A program made the translations under genes and the position numbers. Shown here piece after piece: positions 12,230-25,980 of a stretch of DNA of 64,000 bases (position 1 is the stretch's first letter; each line of letters starts with the position of its first letter). The notes below the pieces were generated by a model. The model saw nothing but the letters and a program-made list of their open reading frames with translations. It was not told where the DNA came from and made no database searches. The stretch is from Isurus oxyrinchus (lineage: Eukaryota): the NCBI GenBank assembly GCA_026770705.1, contig JANJGN010000071.1, positions 930,001 to 994,000 of the forward strand, written 5' to 3'.

Positions 12230-13740
12230 AGCTTATTGTGTGTGATTGGATCCACATCATAGCTGTAACGTAAACCGAGCTGAGGGGTGATGACACCTCC
12301 CCCCTGAGTGAAGTGTCTCCTCCCCACTACACCTTCCACCCCTCACACTGTCCGTGTAAACCCCCGTCCCATCTCCAGCCTCTCTTTCCCCTCCAAAGTC
12401 CTTGAACGTGTTTCCATCTCCCGAATCCGTTCCCATCTTTCCCGGATCTCCATGTTTGAATCCCTCCAATCAGGTTCCCACCCCAGCCACTGTGCTGAAA
12501 CAGCTCTTATCAAGGTCACAAATGGCATCCTGTGTGACTGTGACAAAGGTCAACTTTCCCTCCTCGTCCTTCTCGATCTGTCTGCAGCCTTTGACATGCT
12601 CGACCACACCATCCTCCTCCAACACCTCTCCACTGTCGTCCAGCTGGGTGGGACTGCTCTCCCCTGGCTCCATTCTTATCCATCTCATCGTAGTCAGAGA
12701 ATCACTTGCAATGGCTTTGCAGCATCATCTGAACAGTGTTAGTTTTCACCTGTCCACTGAGGATCCCCAGCTCTACCTCACCACCACCTCTCTCGACTCC
12801 TCCACTGCTGCTAAATTATCAGGCTGCTTATCCGACGTCCAGTACTGGATGGGCAGAAATTCCCTCCAATTAAATATTGGAAAGACTGAAGCCATTGCCT
12901 TCATTCCCCGCTCCAAACTCTGTTCCCTCGCTACCAACTCCATTCCTCTCCCTGACAGCTCTCTGAGATTGAAGCCAATCTGTTCACAGCTTTGTTGTCC
13001 CATTTGATCCTGAGATGAGCTTCCGGCCTCATATCTGCGCCCTCACTAACACTGTCTATTTCCACCTCCGTAACATCGCACGACATCACCCTGTCTCAGC
13101 TCATCTGCTGCTGAAACCCTCATCCACGCCTTCATTACCTCCAGACTCGACTGTTCCAACACACGCTCTACACTCCATAAAGTTGAGGCCATCCAAAACT
13201 GCTGACCATGTCCTTACTCACACCAAGTCCCATTCCCTTATCACCAGCTCTGCTCGATGACCGAGACTGGCTCTTGGTCAAGCAAAGTCTCAATGTCACA
13301 ATTTTCATCTTTGTTTCCTCACTATCTCTGTAATCTCCTCGTCCTCCTCCAGTACCTACAACCATCCCATTCTCTGTAACCTCTTCAAGCCTCTGCTGCT
13401 TCCCTATATCTGTAAATTCATCCTGCACAAAAAACCTACCAAACTCTGCAACCTCCTCCAGCCACTACAACCCTCCCTAGCTCTGCGAACTCCTCCATAC
13501 CCTACACTCTCCCAATCTCTCTTAAATTTTCCAGCCTCTACAACCCTCCCTATCTCTGTAACTCCTCCAATCACTACAACCCTCCCTATCTCTGTAACCT
13601 CCTCCAGCCCCTCCAACCCTCTGAGGTCTCTGTGCTCATCCAATTCCAGCCTCTTTACCATCCCCCGATCCCATCACTGCAATATCGGCGGCCATGCCTT
13701 CAGGTGCCTGGGGCCCGAGCTCTGTAATACCCGGCCTCAA
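12230..13740 (+). mobile_element. L2-clade LINE RT fragments and 3' tail
   Basis: RPISSLSFPSKVLER...AETALIKV...LDLSAAFD and LQLNIGKTE; frameshifted. Confidence 0.8.
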
Positions 13741-14529
13741 CCCCTCTCCATCACTCTCTCTCACTCTCTCTATCTCTCTCTCTCTCTATCTCTATCTCTC
13801 TCTCTCTCACTATCCATTTCATCCCCCTTTTAAGATTCTCCATAACACCGAACTCTTCTGGTCAGCTGTCGCTAATATCTCCACACGTGTCTGGGTGACA
13901 TTCTTTGTTTTATGACGCTCCTGTGTAGCACCTTGGGGTGATTTGTCATGTTAAAGTTGTTGTGTAAACAAAGTTGTTGTCCTTTGACCCTCGACCCCAG
14001 ATCGAGTCTTATTTTAGAGGGAATGTACAACCTCCTTAGATTTCTGACCAAAATGTCATTTGATTATTTTTACTGAGCGAATGCCAAGCCCCGATACCGA
14101 GCGAGAGCCTCCTCATTTGCCGAGTTTAGGGTGATGAGTCAGCCCCTTAGACCGTAGAGGGGATTCTCCTCGGTAATGTGCAGCCTTGTTTGTGTCTCAC
14201 CACAAGCGCATGAGGGGTTTGTACAGAGGCTGCAGCGCTGGAGGGAGTCTGCACAGGGGTCCTGGCCTGTCCTGAGCCGGTTTTAGCAAGGACCACTCTG
14301 GTCTTGGCAGCTGAAAGCCAGCCATTGGACAGACGGGGCCTGTCACAAGGAGCCTGTTAGTCACTCCCCCCAGTGTCTCCTGTGCTCGGATCCAGACCAT
14401 GTTGGCTGGTGGATCTGGCTCAGGAAGGGTCCTCCCCATGGGACCCCCAGATGGAAGGTGGGTCGAGCGGGTCAGTCACTTGCATGTTTATTCTGCAGCT
14501 TTAATATTTTAAGAAGGTAAGAATGTAGG

Positions 14530-15318
14530 AACATAAGAAATAGGGACAGGAGCAGGCCATTCAGCCCCTCGAGCCTGCTCTTGCTGATCTGGTTGTGGCC
14601 TTAACTCCATTTTCCTGCCTGTCCCCCAAACCCTTGACCCCCTTGTCGATCAAAAACCTGCCTCACTCAGCCTTGAGTCTATTCAATGGCCCAGCCTCCA
14701 CTGCTCTCTGGGGAAGAGAATTCCACAGGCTAGCGCCCCTCTGAGAGAGGAAATTCCTCCTCATCTCAGTCTTAAATGGGGGAGCCCTCATTCCGAAACT
14801 GTGCTCCCTGGTTCTAGATTCCCCCACGACGGGGAAACATCCTCCCAGCATCCACCCTGTCAAGCCCCCTCGGAATCGGATATGTTTCAATAAGGTCACC
14901 CCTCATTCTTCTAAACTCCAATGGATACAGGCCCAACCTGCTCAACATTTCCTCACAGGACAAACCCTTTAATCCCAGGAATCAGCCCAGTGAAGCTTCT
15001 CTGAACTGCCTGTACACAATGATCCTGTTACAATCTCACTAACACCCTGTGCAGCTGTTGCAAGACTTCCCTCCTTTTATACTCCATCCCTTTGCAAAAA
15101 AGGCCAACATTCCACTTGCCTTCCTCATTCCGTGGTGTTCCTGAATGCTGACTTTCTGTGATTCATGTACAAGGACACCCAGATCCCTCTGTACTGCATT
15201 CTGCAGCCTGTCTCCATTTAAATAATATTCTGTTTTTCTATTCTTCCTGCCAAAATAATTTGTTGCCATTCTCCTCAGTATTGACCATCCCCCCAATTCA
15301 GCCTCATCTGTAAATTTT
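14530..15318 (-). mobile_element. CR1 LINE 3' fragment
   Basis: Minus-strand EMRRNFLSQR..LWNSLPQRAVEA and QRDLGVLVHESQKVS. Confidence 0.8.
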
Positions 15319-15374
15319 GAGTCTAGTGGATCCACAAACCATCCAGAGATAAATATTGAGATTTCTCTCCCCAG

Positions 15375-15743
15375 TTGCACTGTCACATGAATGGAAAAGT
15401 GACACTCCACGAGAGGTGACAGCGCAGGAAGGTTCGTGTGTACAGATTCCATGTCATTACAGTTATCCATCGTGTCTGGAAAACCAACCGCGAGGTGGAG
15501 TCTGGTTTAATGACGAGAAACAGATTCCCTGGGCTCCCATTGCCTTTCACTCCAAGGATCACAGTCATGAGTTACCACGGTTCCACCATCGGACCCGGCT
15601 GTCTGGAGACCTGAAAGATGGCGACTGTTCCCTGATTATAAACAACATCAGACGGGAAGATGCAGGACCTTATTTTTTCAGAATAGAATTTGACAATGGT
15701 CCGAGCCATAACTATTACCCTGTAACCCAGCTTCACGTTTCTG
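15375..15743 (+). CDS. Gene B: second V-set exon V2
   Basis: Acceptor ctccccag|, donor TCTG|gtaagt. Contains SCVQIPC, DCSL and YFFRIE (essential Arg); open frame. Confidence 0.9.
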
Positions 15744-17054
15744 GTAAGTGCTGTGTTATAATTACTCAACAATTCACACTCAACACTCAATGGGAAATAA
15801 CACAAACTGTGATGTTTACATATTAACACAAAACACAGCTTATTATAACACACTGTCTGATTCTCAATAACCGGGTGATAACTTCCAGTTCAGTCCTAAA
15901 GCAACCTCTAATACTCACTTTAATATCAATGATTAAATGTATTGCCTGTGTCCATCAATGTTATCAGGTTATCCACTCCCATCAGTCTACCTCATGCTTT
16001 TTAAATGTCTAACAATTTGACAAAAGAAGGATGTGCATTCCTATAGCGCCTTACACCACCTCAGCAAACTTCAAATCATTTCACAGACAATGAAGAAATT
16101 CTTGAAGTATAGTCACTAACGTGGCAGTGAGTTTGTACACAGGAAGCTCCCACAGAGAGCAATGGGATCAGTGACCCAGATCTCTGAGAGAATGATGAGC
16201 CAGGGTTCCATGAGCTGTGGGCTGCTCCATCACCCACACCCCAGTGTTGGCAATTCAAGGGTCTGGGAGTGAAAGTGTATTCAGCTCAGTGACACATTCC
16301 TCACCAAGTTTGGAAATAGGAAAGTTGCTGCTGATTGTTGTAACCTCTCAGTTCCCATCTCATCCTTGGAAACCTGATTTCAAAATACAAAAGCAATTCT
16401 CGCATTTCCATAGCGCCTTTCACCACCTCAGGACGATACTAAATCGATTCACAGTCAATGAAGTGATTCTTGAAGCACACATTCTCCCCACTCTCTGGGT
16501 AAAGAAGTTCCTCCTGAATTCCCCATTGGATTTATTAGTGAGGATCTTATATTGTCAGCCTCTGGTTTTGTTCATTGTGAGGAGTGGAAACACTCTCTCC
16601 ATGTCTACTCGATCAAAACCTTTCATTACTTCAAAGGTCAAATGAGGTCACCCCTCAACCTTCTCTGTTCAAGAGAACAGAGACCCAGCCTGTACATCCT
16701 CTCCTGATAGGTAAAGCCTCACATTGCTGAAATCATCCTTGTGAAGCTTTTTACCACCCTCTCCAGTGTCTCTATATCCTTTTCCAAATGCTGAGTCTGT
16801 TCTCCCCGAGCTGTGAGCTGTTCCTCCACCCTCACCCAGTCTGGTCAAATCAAGGGTCACTGAGTGAGAGTGTATTAATCTGAGTGACAGAGATTCAACA
16901 AGTGTAAAAAGAGACAATTCTTTAATGATCATTGTAACCTCTCAGTTCTGATATCATCCTTGTAAAAGTGCTTTCTCTTGTGGGACTGTGACTTCTATTT
17001 GAACTGATGCTTCACGTTATATTTCTCTAAAAGGATCCATTCTCTGTCTGTTAG

Positions 17055-17342
17055 ATTTCACAGATAAACCCACGATATTCCCTGCTGAAATTATTGCAGG
17101 AAAGCATGTGGATGTAAGCTGCACCTTCAACACAACGTGCAATGGAACAGTCTTAACCTGGGACACTCCCACTGACGTACCTGGATCAGTCTCAAACACT
17201 GTAACTCAGCATGGTGTCACTCTGACCTATACTTCTGTTCTGACCCTGATCCCATCACTCAAACACCACGGACACACTCTCAGCTGCAGAGTGAGATATC
17301 CATCTGTTTCATCGGAGCGGACCCTCGTACTAACTGTGCTAC
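17055..17342 (+). CDS. Gene B: C2-set Ig domain 2 exon (9-nt in-frame deletion of AAP)
   Basis: DFTDKPTIFPAEIIAGKHVDVSCTFNTTCNGT-VLTW...LTVL; donor CTAC|gtaagt. Confidence 0.9.
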
Positions 17343-17519
17343 GTAAGTACAAACACCCTTCATTCTACATTAGCTGGAATAGTATCAAATGTGCACAGCA
17401 AGCTCCCACATCCTGCACTTTGTTTATAAACAAACCATTGGTGTTTAACTGGGAAAAAGTGACCCCTGACAGGCAGTACATCCTTACTACTGACTCTCCG
17501 ACAGTGCATCTTGGACTCA

Positions 17520-19250
17520 TAGACTCATAGACACTTACAGGACAGAAGGAGGCCATTTAGCCCATCATGTCCATTCTGGTCAGCAACTCCCTCCCTAAGT
17601 GCATCACCTCACACTTTTCCAGGTTGAAGTCCATTTGCGTCGTGATCATCCCCCCTATATTTACGACCAATTCATTTATATACACCACAAACAGCAAGTG
17701 CCCCAGCACTGAGCCCTGTGGAACCCCACTGGAAACAGACATCCAGTCACAGAAACATCCCTCCACCATCACCCTCTGCTTCCTGCCTCAGCCAATATTG
17801 GATCCAACGTGCCACTTTGCCTTGGATCCCATGGGCTCTTACTTTCTTGGCCTCTCTGCCAAGAGGCACCTTATCAAAAGCCTTCCTCAGCCCATGTCGA
17901 CCACATCAAAGGCATTACTCTCATCAACACTCCTGGTTACCTCCTCAAAAGATTTGATCAGGTTTGTCAAACATGACCTTCCCTTAACAAATCCAGCTGA
18001 ATATCCCAGATTAATCCTTGTCTCTCCCAGTGCAGATTCATTCTGTCCTTCAGAAGTCTTCCTAGTAACTTCCCCACCACCGAGGTTAGACTGACTGGCC
18101 TGTAATTTCCTGATCTATCCCTTCCTCCCTTTTTTAATAATGGGACAACATTAGCCATCCTCCAGTCCTCTGGCACGTCACCTGTGGCCAGAGAGGATTT
18201 GAAAATTACTGCCAGGGCCCCTGATATCTCTTCCCTTTCCGCCCTCAACAGCTTTGGATTCATCTCATTCGGACTTGTGGATTTATCCACTTTTCAGGCC
18301 GCTAAACCCACTAGTACCTCCTCTCTCTGTGTTAATTTCCTCTCATATTTCACTGTCCTCCACCCTGATGTTATACCTGCATCATCCTTTTCCATAGTGA
18401 AGACTGATGCAAAGTATTCATTGAGGACTGTACCCACGTCTTCCAGGTCCACACACACATTACCTCGATGGTCCCTAATCAGCCCCACTCTTTCCCGAGT
18501 TATTCTGCTGCTCTTTACATATTTAAAAAATCCCTCTGGGTTTTGCTTTATTCTACACACCAGTGCTTTCTCATGCACTCTCTTATCTTTCCTAATGTCC
18601 TTTTTCAGTTCCCCTCTGCACTATTTATACTCCTCTAGGGACTCTGCTGTATTGAGCCCTCAGTATCTGCCATAAGCTTCTCTTTTTTCTCAATCCTAAC
18701 CTTTATGTTCCTTGTCTTCCAGGGTTCTCCAGACTTGGTCTCCCTCTTTGTCTTTACAGGAAGATATCTGCTCTGTACTCTCGCTATTCCCTCCTTGAAT
18801 GCCTCCCACTGCTCTGACACAGTTTTATCTGCAAAGAGCTTCTCCCAGTCCACTTGGGCCCAATCATATCTCATCTTAGTAAAATTAGCCTTTCCCCAGT
18901 TTAGAATTTTTATTCCCAGCACAAACTTATCCTTCTCCATAACTATCCTAAATCCAATTGAGTTACAGTCACCATCTCCCCTACTGATACGCTTTCCAAC
19001 TTCCCCGGCGCTTTTCCATATATTAGGTCCAGAACTGTCCCCTCCCTTGTTGAGCTTTCTATGCACAGACTAAAAATCTTCTCCTGGATGCAACTTCAGA
19101 ATTTTTCTCCCTCCCTACCTTGCTCACTAAAGCTGTCCCAGTTAATATTTGGGTAGTTAAAATCCCTGAGTATTACTGCTTTATTATTCTTACACATCTC
19201 TGAAATGTGATCACATGTTGGATTGTCCATCTCTCCCTGACTGTTTGTTG
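17520..19250 (-). mobile_element. CR1 LINE ORF2 fragment
   Basis: GVPQGSVLG, NYRPVSLTSVVGKLL, LNEYFASVFT and LNWGKANF motifs; frameshifted. Confidence 0.85.
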
Positions 19251-19324
19251 GTTTTATATCTTGAGTCTATGAGTTCACTGGTTGAGTAAACTCGAATTGC
19301 ATTCCTTCATATACACTTGTTAGT

Positions 19325-19530
19325 TGATAAAAACAAAAAAACTGTGGATGCTGGAAATCCAAAACAAAAACAGAATTACCTGGAAAAACTCAGCAGGTCT
19401 GGCAGCATCGGCGGAGAAGAAAAGTGTTGACGGTTCGAGTCCTCATGACCTCAGTTCTGTCGAAGGGTCATGAGGACTCGAAACATCAACTCTTTTCTTC
19501 TCCCCCGATGCTGCCAGACCTGTTGAGTTA
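19325..19530. mobile_element. Penelope-terminus-like short element forming a ~60-bp-arm inverted repeat
   Basis: Arms 19389-19450 and 19466-19527 are near-perfect reverse complements. Related sequence occurs at ~27670-27810, ~58460-58555 and at the edge of the GIY-YIG element (~34685-34750). Confidence 0.6.
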
Positions 19531-19799
19531 TTCTTAGCTGATGCTCGCTATCAATAACCAAGAGAGACCGACATTAGAACAAGCTGCTTATTTATTGTAA
19601 CAGAGGGCAGAGCACTAAATCCTTGCCTGCTCCCACAACCACCTCCAGCTCCAGACTTACAGTTAACCAGTGGCCCACACTGTCCAGTGATTGGTCAGTA
19701 CTGTCACATGGTTTATCCACTTGTATTCTCTTAAAGGTACCTGGCACTCCACATTATCACAGGAGGCCTATAGTACACACATAACAGCATGTTTGCCTC

Positions 19800-20105
19800 C
19801 TCAGCACTGACCCTTCTACAGTGCAGCACTCCCTCATTACTGTCTCTCTAATAGTGTAATGATCCCTCAGTAGTGCTCCTCCAACATTGCACTGGTCAAT
19901 CAGAACTGACGCTCTGACTGTGCAGTTTTATCTCAGCAGTAACCCTCCTACAGTGCAGCGCTCCCACAGTACTGTCCCTCCTACAGTGCAGCACTCCCTC
20001 AGGACTGACCCTCTGACAGTGCAGCACTCCCTCAGTACTGAACCTCTGGCAGTGCAGCACTCCCTCAGTACTGACCCTCTGACAGTGCAGCACGCCCTCA
20101 ATACT
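19800..20105. repeat. 33-bp minisatellite
   Basis: Tandem cagtgcagcactccctcagtactgaccctctga units. Confidence 0.85.
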
Positions 20106-20239
20106 GAACTGAAGTGTCTGCCTGGATTACGGGCTATGTGGTGAAAGAACCTACATTGACATCACACCTTTCACGTTCTCAGTGTCTTTCAAAGTGCTTC
20201 ACAGTCAGTGTAAGTTAACTGATCTGTATTTGTTTTTAG

Positions 20240-20521
20240 ACGCACCACGGAATCTCTCAATTACTTCTCCAGATATGATTAACGCTTCATCGATCAATAT
20301 AATTGAGGGGAATTCTGCAGAGATAATCTGCTCTGTCGAGAGCTTCCCAGCTTCTAACCTGATGTGGCGACATCTTAATGTCCCAATGAACAGAACAAGT
20401 TCCAACAATGAGCTGTGGTTGGTGATTCCTCACGTTACATCCAGGGATACTGGAGAATATCAGTGTGTGGCAGAGAATGAACATGGAGCAGTGGAGGGGT
20501 TCATAACCATTACTGTGGAAT
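20240..20521 (+). CDS. Gene B: Ig3 (C2/I-set) exon
   Basis: Acceptor tttttag|; APRNLSITS...IICSVESFPASNLMW...DTGEYQCVAENEHG...ITVE; donor GAAT|gtgagt. Confidence 0.9.
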
Positions 20522-22226
20522 GTGAGTTACACAGACTTTAATATTTCTCTCATCTCCGAACACATATACTCAGATGCACTCCCACACACACACACACAAG
20601 CACTCACAAATGTACAGACCCAAAGTGCATGCACACACACAATCCCACACTCATGAGCACACAGAAAGACACACTCACACACTAACACAGTAGTACACAC
20701 TTCCCTGTGAGTTACCTGACCTCCCCCAGTACTGCACTGGAGAGTTCTCCTGGATTCTGGGATATGTGTTCCCATTCATATTTATCGAAGAATATCCAAA
20801 TTACGAAGTCTATTCCAGAAACTCACATGCACAAAGATTCCAACTGATACTCCCCACCTCTCCATGTATCTCTCTCCTCCTTTAAGAAGCTTCCTATTCC
20901 CTAACTCTTGCCTGTCCTAACTCCTCCTTATAATGCCCTGTGTCAAATTTTTTGTGTATCTGAGAGAAAGGGAGAAATAAGGAAGTTTAGGAAGGGATTT
21001 CCTGTTAGTGAAGAGCTTACTTCATTTTCTCACCTTTCCAGTGTTCAGTTTTGCCATCATGTCCAATGACCCTGTTTATAATGGGGGCATCCTATGTAAA
21101 CGTCACACTGTCTTTACGTCCTCCCACCAGTGGTGGCACTGTGGTGCTTAAGCTTGCACCTCCCTGCTTTTCAGCCAACTTCACTTCACAATTTGCTAGA
21201 CATGCTGTAAGTTCATCGAAATTAACTTATATATCAAACAGTAGATTTGATAATACAGTTTATTGAAAGGTTCATCCACGCTCTGGGAAGGGTTTACACT
21301 CTCCAGGAAGCAGGAATAGGCTGGATGTTGGGGAGTTCATCTTTTCCCAGAGAGTAGGGATCCTCGGGAATGTGCTGTCAGTGGGTGTGGTGGTTGCTGT
21401 CTCTCTGTTGCCTTCAAGAGGGATCTGGAGTGGTTACTAACTGGGGGAGAGATCATGGAAGTGGAGAATGATACAGCACAGGAGGAGGCCATTCAGCCCA
21501 TTGTGCCTGTGCCAGATCTTTCAATGTTCTATCCAATCAGATCCACTAACCACCACTCCACTTTGCCGCCATCTTCTTCCTTCAAGTGTTTATCCAATTT
21601 CCCTTTTGAAAGTTCCTGTTGAATCTGCTTCCACCGCCCTTTCAGGCAGAATCTTCCAGATCACAACAACTCGCTCTGTCAAAACAAATTCTCCTCATCT
21701 CCCCCTCCGGTTCGTCAATCTGTGTCCCTCTGGTTACCGAGCCTCCTGCCCCTTAAATACATCGATACTGTTCACCTCAGCCACTCCCAGTGGGAGCGAG
21801 TTCCACATTCTCCCCTCTCTCTGGGTAAAGATTGGAACTGTTTATTAAGCGGGGGGTGTAAGTCCGTGAGGAAGTCCATCTCGATCCTGTCCGATTCGCA
21901 GATGCGTCCGAGATGGATTTCCACCCTGCACTAAACGTTTCCAGAATTTTCTACAGCACAATCCTGTACACAGCGATGGAGAGAAACATTGGACAGGGAG
22001 TCCAACAGCACAATGATCCATTCTCACCAATGTTCCACGCTAAGGGGAAAGTTCCGATTGTCCACTCTTAGAGTGTTTACAATGAAAACATTCATTCCAC
22101 ATTGAATCCCAGTGGATGGGTCAATATTACAGCAAATGTTGCAGTGATATGAAGCTTGATTGTTCAGCCAGAGTGAGAGATTGAAAGCGGAGAGTCAGTG
22201 ATGATTTCTTTCTGTGTGTTCTCTAG

Positions 22227-22366
22227 ACAGTGGAGGAGAGATTCTGCACGTGATCCTGATCCTGGGAATACGAGCTGTGATATTCCTTGTGGCTGTGGTT
22301 ATCACTATCGCTGGAGTCTGTGTCTGGGAGAGACAAACAGTGAAAGGAAGTCGACAGACTGTTTAA
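22227..22366 (+). CDS. Gene B: TM + short tail exon (Arg in TM, no Tyr motifs)
   Basis: YSGGEILHVILILGIRAVIFLVAVVITIAGVCVWERQTVKGSRQTV-TAA, in frame with Ig3. AATAAA at 23347-23352. The spliced ORF is 497 aa with both V exons. Confidence 0.88.
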
Positions 22367-23709
22367 AGATTTGGACAGCAACAATCTCATCATGGAACAG
22401 AAGAACGGCATTTGGCCCATCTACTCCATGCTGTCTCTCTGTAAAGCAATCCAGTCAGTCCCATTCCCCCGTTCTATCCCCGTATCCCTTCAAGTTTATT
22501 TCTCCTCAAGTGTCCATCCAATTTCCTTTTGAAATCGTTCATTGTCTCCGCTTCCACCATCCTCGTAGGCAGCGAGTTCCAGCTCATTACCACTCGCTGT
22601 GTAAAAAAGTTCCTCCTCACATCCCCCTCTGCCCAAAACCTTCAATCTGTGTCCCCCAGTCCTTGTACCATCAGCTAATGGCAACAGCTTCTCTTTGTCT
22701 ACCTGATCTAAACCCATCATCATCTTGTACACCTCGATCAGATCCCCCTCAATCTCCTTTGCTCCAAGGAGAACAACCCCAGCTTCTCCAACCCAACCTT
22801 GTCGCTAAAATCCCTCATCCCTGGACCCATTCTGCTCAATCTCCTCCCCACCCTCTCAAGGACCCTCACTTCCTTCCCAAAGTGAGGAGACCAGAACTGG
22901 ACACAATACTCTAGTTGTGACCTAACCAGAGCTTTATAAATGTTCAGCATAACCTCCCTGTGTTTGTACTCAATCCCTCGATTTATGAAAAGCTTATTCT
23001 TTCCATCAGCACAAACAGCAATTTCCAAGCGGACTCCCATCAGCAGACAGAGTGCAATGAAACATCGGCATGCCTGCTTCTTAATGTACGGAGAGAAACC
23101 TGGAACGAGAGATTGTCCTTCTTCTCCTCAGCAAGCTGAAACTTTTCCTTATACCTGGTGCTCCCCAGTCCTGCTGTGTGGACACATCATAACCACGGCA
23201 TTGTCTGGCTGTGTGCAGCCAACATGGTCGAATAGGAATGAACAGAAATGTGACGTTGCTAAACTCTGTTCTCTGATTGGAATGTGCTTTCTGAATGCTG
23301 CACCTTTTTCATGCTGCGATAGATTGTAAGAAGCATTTGGGTTATGAATAAAATTACATTGATTAACACAAGTGATTAAAATGCTCAGCCTGTTCTGTAA
23401 ATATTTATAGATTAAAATTCTTATTTTGCTGCCAAATTCTTGCCTCAAAGAAAAGCTTCTTGTTGTCACATTTTCTCTATTATATAAATTCCTGTGCCCA
23501 TCCTTATTATAGAAACTTCCAATGTAAACATGTCACATTGTAGTTGCACACTCCTGCCAGTGGTGGTGCCATTCCAAAGCTGTCTTGCTGCACAGACACA
23601 GTGAGAAATATTCTCGACGTGTACATGATGTTGTTGTTACACGGACATCAGGCGGAATCTTGGGCAGTGCCTAGAATGCACTTAGGGCAGTGCAGACCAC
23701 ACTCAGAAC

Positions 23710-25130
23710 TGACAGTGCAGCGTTTCCTCAGTGCTGACCCTCCGTCAGTTCAGCGCTCCCTCATTACTGTCCCTCTGACAGTGCTGCACTACCTCATTAT
23801 TGACCCTTTTCAAGTGCTTCACCCCGTCATCATTGACCTTCTGACCGTGCAGGATTCCCTCATGGCTGACAATCTGACAGTGCAACACTCCCTGAATACT
23901 GACCCTCTGATACTGTATCCCTCCATCACTAATGACTTTCCGACAGTTCAGCACTCCCTAGGTACAGACACTCTGACAGGGCAGCATTCCCTCAGTATTC
24001 AAACTCCCACTATGCAGCTGTCCCTCAGTATTCTCACCCCCACAGTGCAGCACTCCCTCAGTACTCTCACTCCCACAGTGCAGCACTCCCTCAGTACTCA
24101 CCCTCCCACAGTGCAGCACTCCCTCAGTACTCACCCTCCCACAGTGCAGCACATCCTCAGTACTCACCCTCCCACAGTGCTGTGCGAGTTGTTTAAATCA
24201 AGACTGATGCCCAAAGAGGGAGGTTTCAATGCTAAATCATTGAAATCGGAGAACATTATTTTTAGGCTGAGGGGAACTAGACTTAGTTCCTCATATCCTT
24301 TCTTTAGCAATAACACACAGTACTAGAATCTCTGTTTAAATAAATTCCAGTTAAACTTTGCCATGAAAGGATATCTTCTCACACTCCTCTCTACCTCAGT
24401 ACTAACCCTCCCACAGTCTGGCACCCCCTCAATACTGACCCTCCGACCGTGCAAATCTCACTCAGTACAGACCCGCTGACAGTTCAGCACTCCCTCATTA
24501 CTGATCCTCTGACAGTGCATCACTCGCTCATTAAGGACCCTCTTCCAGTGCAACACTCCCACATTACTGTCCCTCTGACAGTGCAGCACTCCCACATTAC
24601 TGACCCTCTGACAGTGCAGCACTCCTACATTACTGTCCCTCTGACAGTGCAGCACTCCCTCAGTACTGACCCTCCGACATTGCAGCATTCCTTCACTACT
24701 GGCCCTCTGACAGTGCAGCACTCCCACATTACTGACCCTCTGATAGTGCAGCAGACCCTCAGTACTGACCCCACTAACAGTGCAGCACTCGCTCAGTACT
24801 GACCCTCCCACAGTGCAGCACTCCCTCAGTACTATACTCCTGACAGTGAAGCACTCCCTTATTAATGACCCTCTTCCAGTGCAGAACTCCCACATTACTG
24901 ACCCTCTGACAGTGCAGCACTCCCACATTACTGTCCCTCTGACAGTGCAGCACTCCCTCAGTACTGACCCTCCGACATTGCAGCAATCCTTCACTACTGG
25001 CCCTCTGACAGTGCAGCAATCCCACATTACTGACCTTCTGATAGTGCAGCACTCACTCAGTACTGACCCTCACACAGTGCAGCACTCCCTCAGTACTATA
25101 CCCCTGACAGTGCAGCACTCCTTCAGTAAT
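23710..25130. repeat. 33-bp minisatellite arrays (paralogous to 3877-4860)
   Basis: Tandem units with the same internal spacer as the first copy. Confidence 0.9.
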
Positions 25131-25349
25131 GATATCGGGGATTGTCAACATGTATCATACGGCCAGAGACCTGTATTGGGAACTCTATCGCCTGCGCTTC
25201 AGCCTCTGAGATGAGGGGGAGGGGTCTAATCCCACGGAGCCAATTGAGAAGCTTCATGACTACAGCTGCCCAAATATGAGCTGACAGATCACACATGGTA
25301 AACGTTTTGCTGAGAGCACAAAACATCCTCGAACTTCTCACTGGTTACC

Positions 25350-25490
25350 CACTTCTTCATTTTGTCTCACAGTGACACATCCACCCTTTCTAATTAAACA
25401 CACAGAGGGGGCAGCACAGGAAGAGGTCATTCAGCCCAAGCAGAGCGTGTGGGCACTTCCTCCCCAGGCGAGCAGTCGGACAGGTCCTGG
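25350..25490 (+). promoter_or_regulatory. Gene C putative promoter and non-coding exon 1
   Basis: Paralog of 5084-5224; CACTTCCTCCCC ETS motif at ~25454; donor CTGG|gtaagt at 25490/25491. Confidence 0.6.
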
Positions 25491-25940
25491 GTAAGTAACG
25501 GAACGATTGGAATTCACTTCCACCACCAACACCGTCCTTTGTTGATGTTGTGACTTTATAAAGACAGATTCCAATGATTGATGCCTTTGAAAGATTTCTA
25601 CTGATTATTGAGATCTGGGTGTGAGGCTCAAGTCTGTTGTACAGAACATCTTTCTAGCTCAAGGGATGAGGGAAGTGCAGAGACATGAGCTTTGGGACAT
25701 CCTGAGGTGGTGAAAGGTGCTATAGAAATGCAAATCCTTCATTGTTTGTCTTTCTTAAAGCCTTGTAACTCTCTGCAGAACACCTATCATCCCACAGAGA
25801 ATCAAATTAATCTGTGAAGACATTGTCTAAAAGCAGTTCTGATCTCTCGAGAGCATTCAGACAAGAGGTGAGGTCTCATTAACTCCTTTCTCTTTCAGAA
25901 CTTCAGAGTTAGAAGCTGAGGAAATATCTGGGAGTGGACA

Positions 25941-25980
25941 ATGATCGGGAAATCTTACTTCCTCCTGTCACTTCTCCAAG
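25941..25980 (+). CDS. Gene C: signal-peptide exon (exon starts at 25899)
   Basis: MIGKSYFLLSLLQ; donor CAAG|gtaata. Confidence 0.85.
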
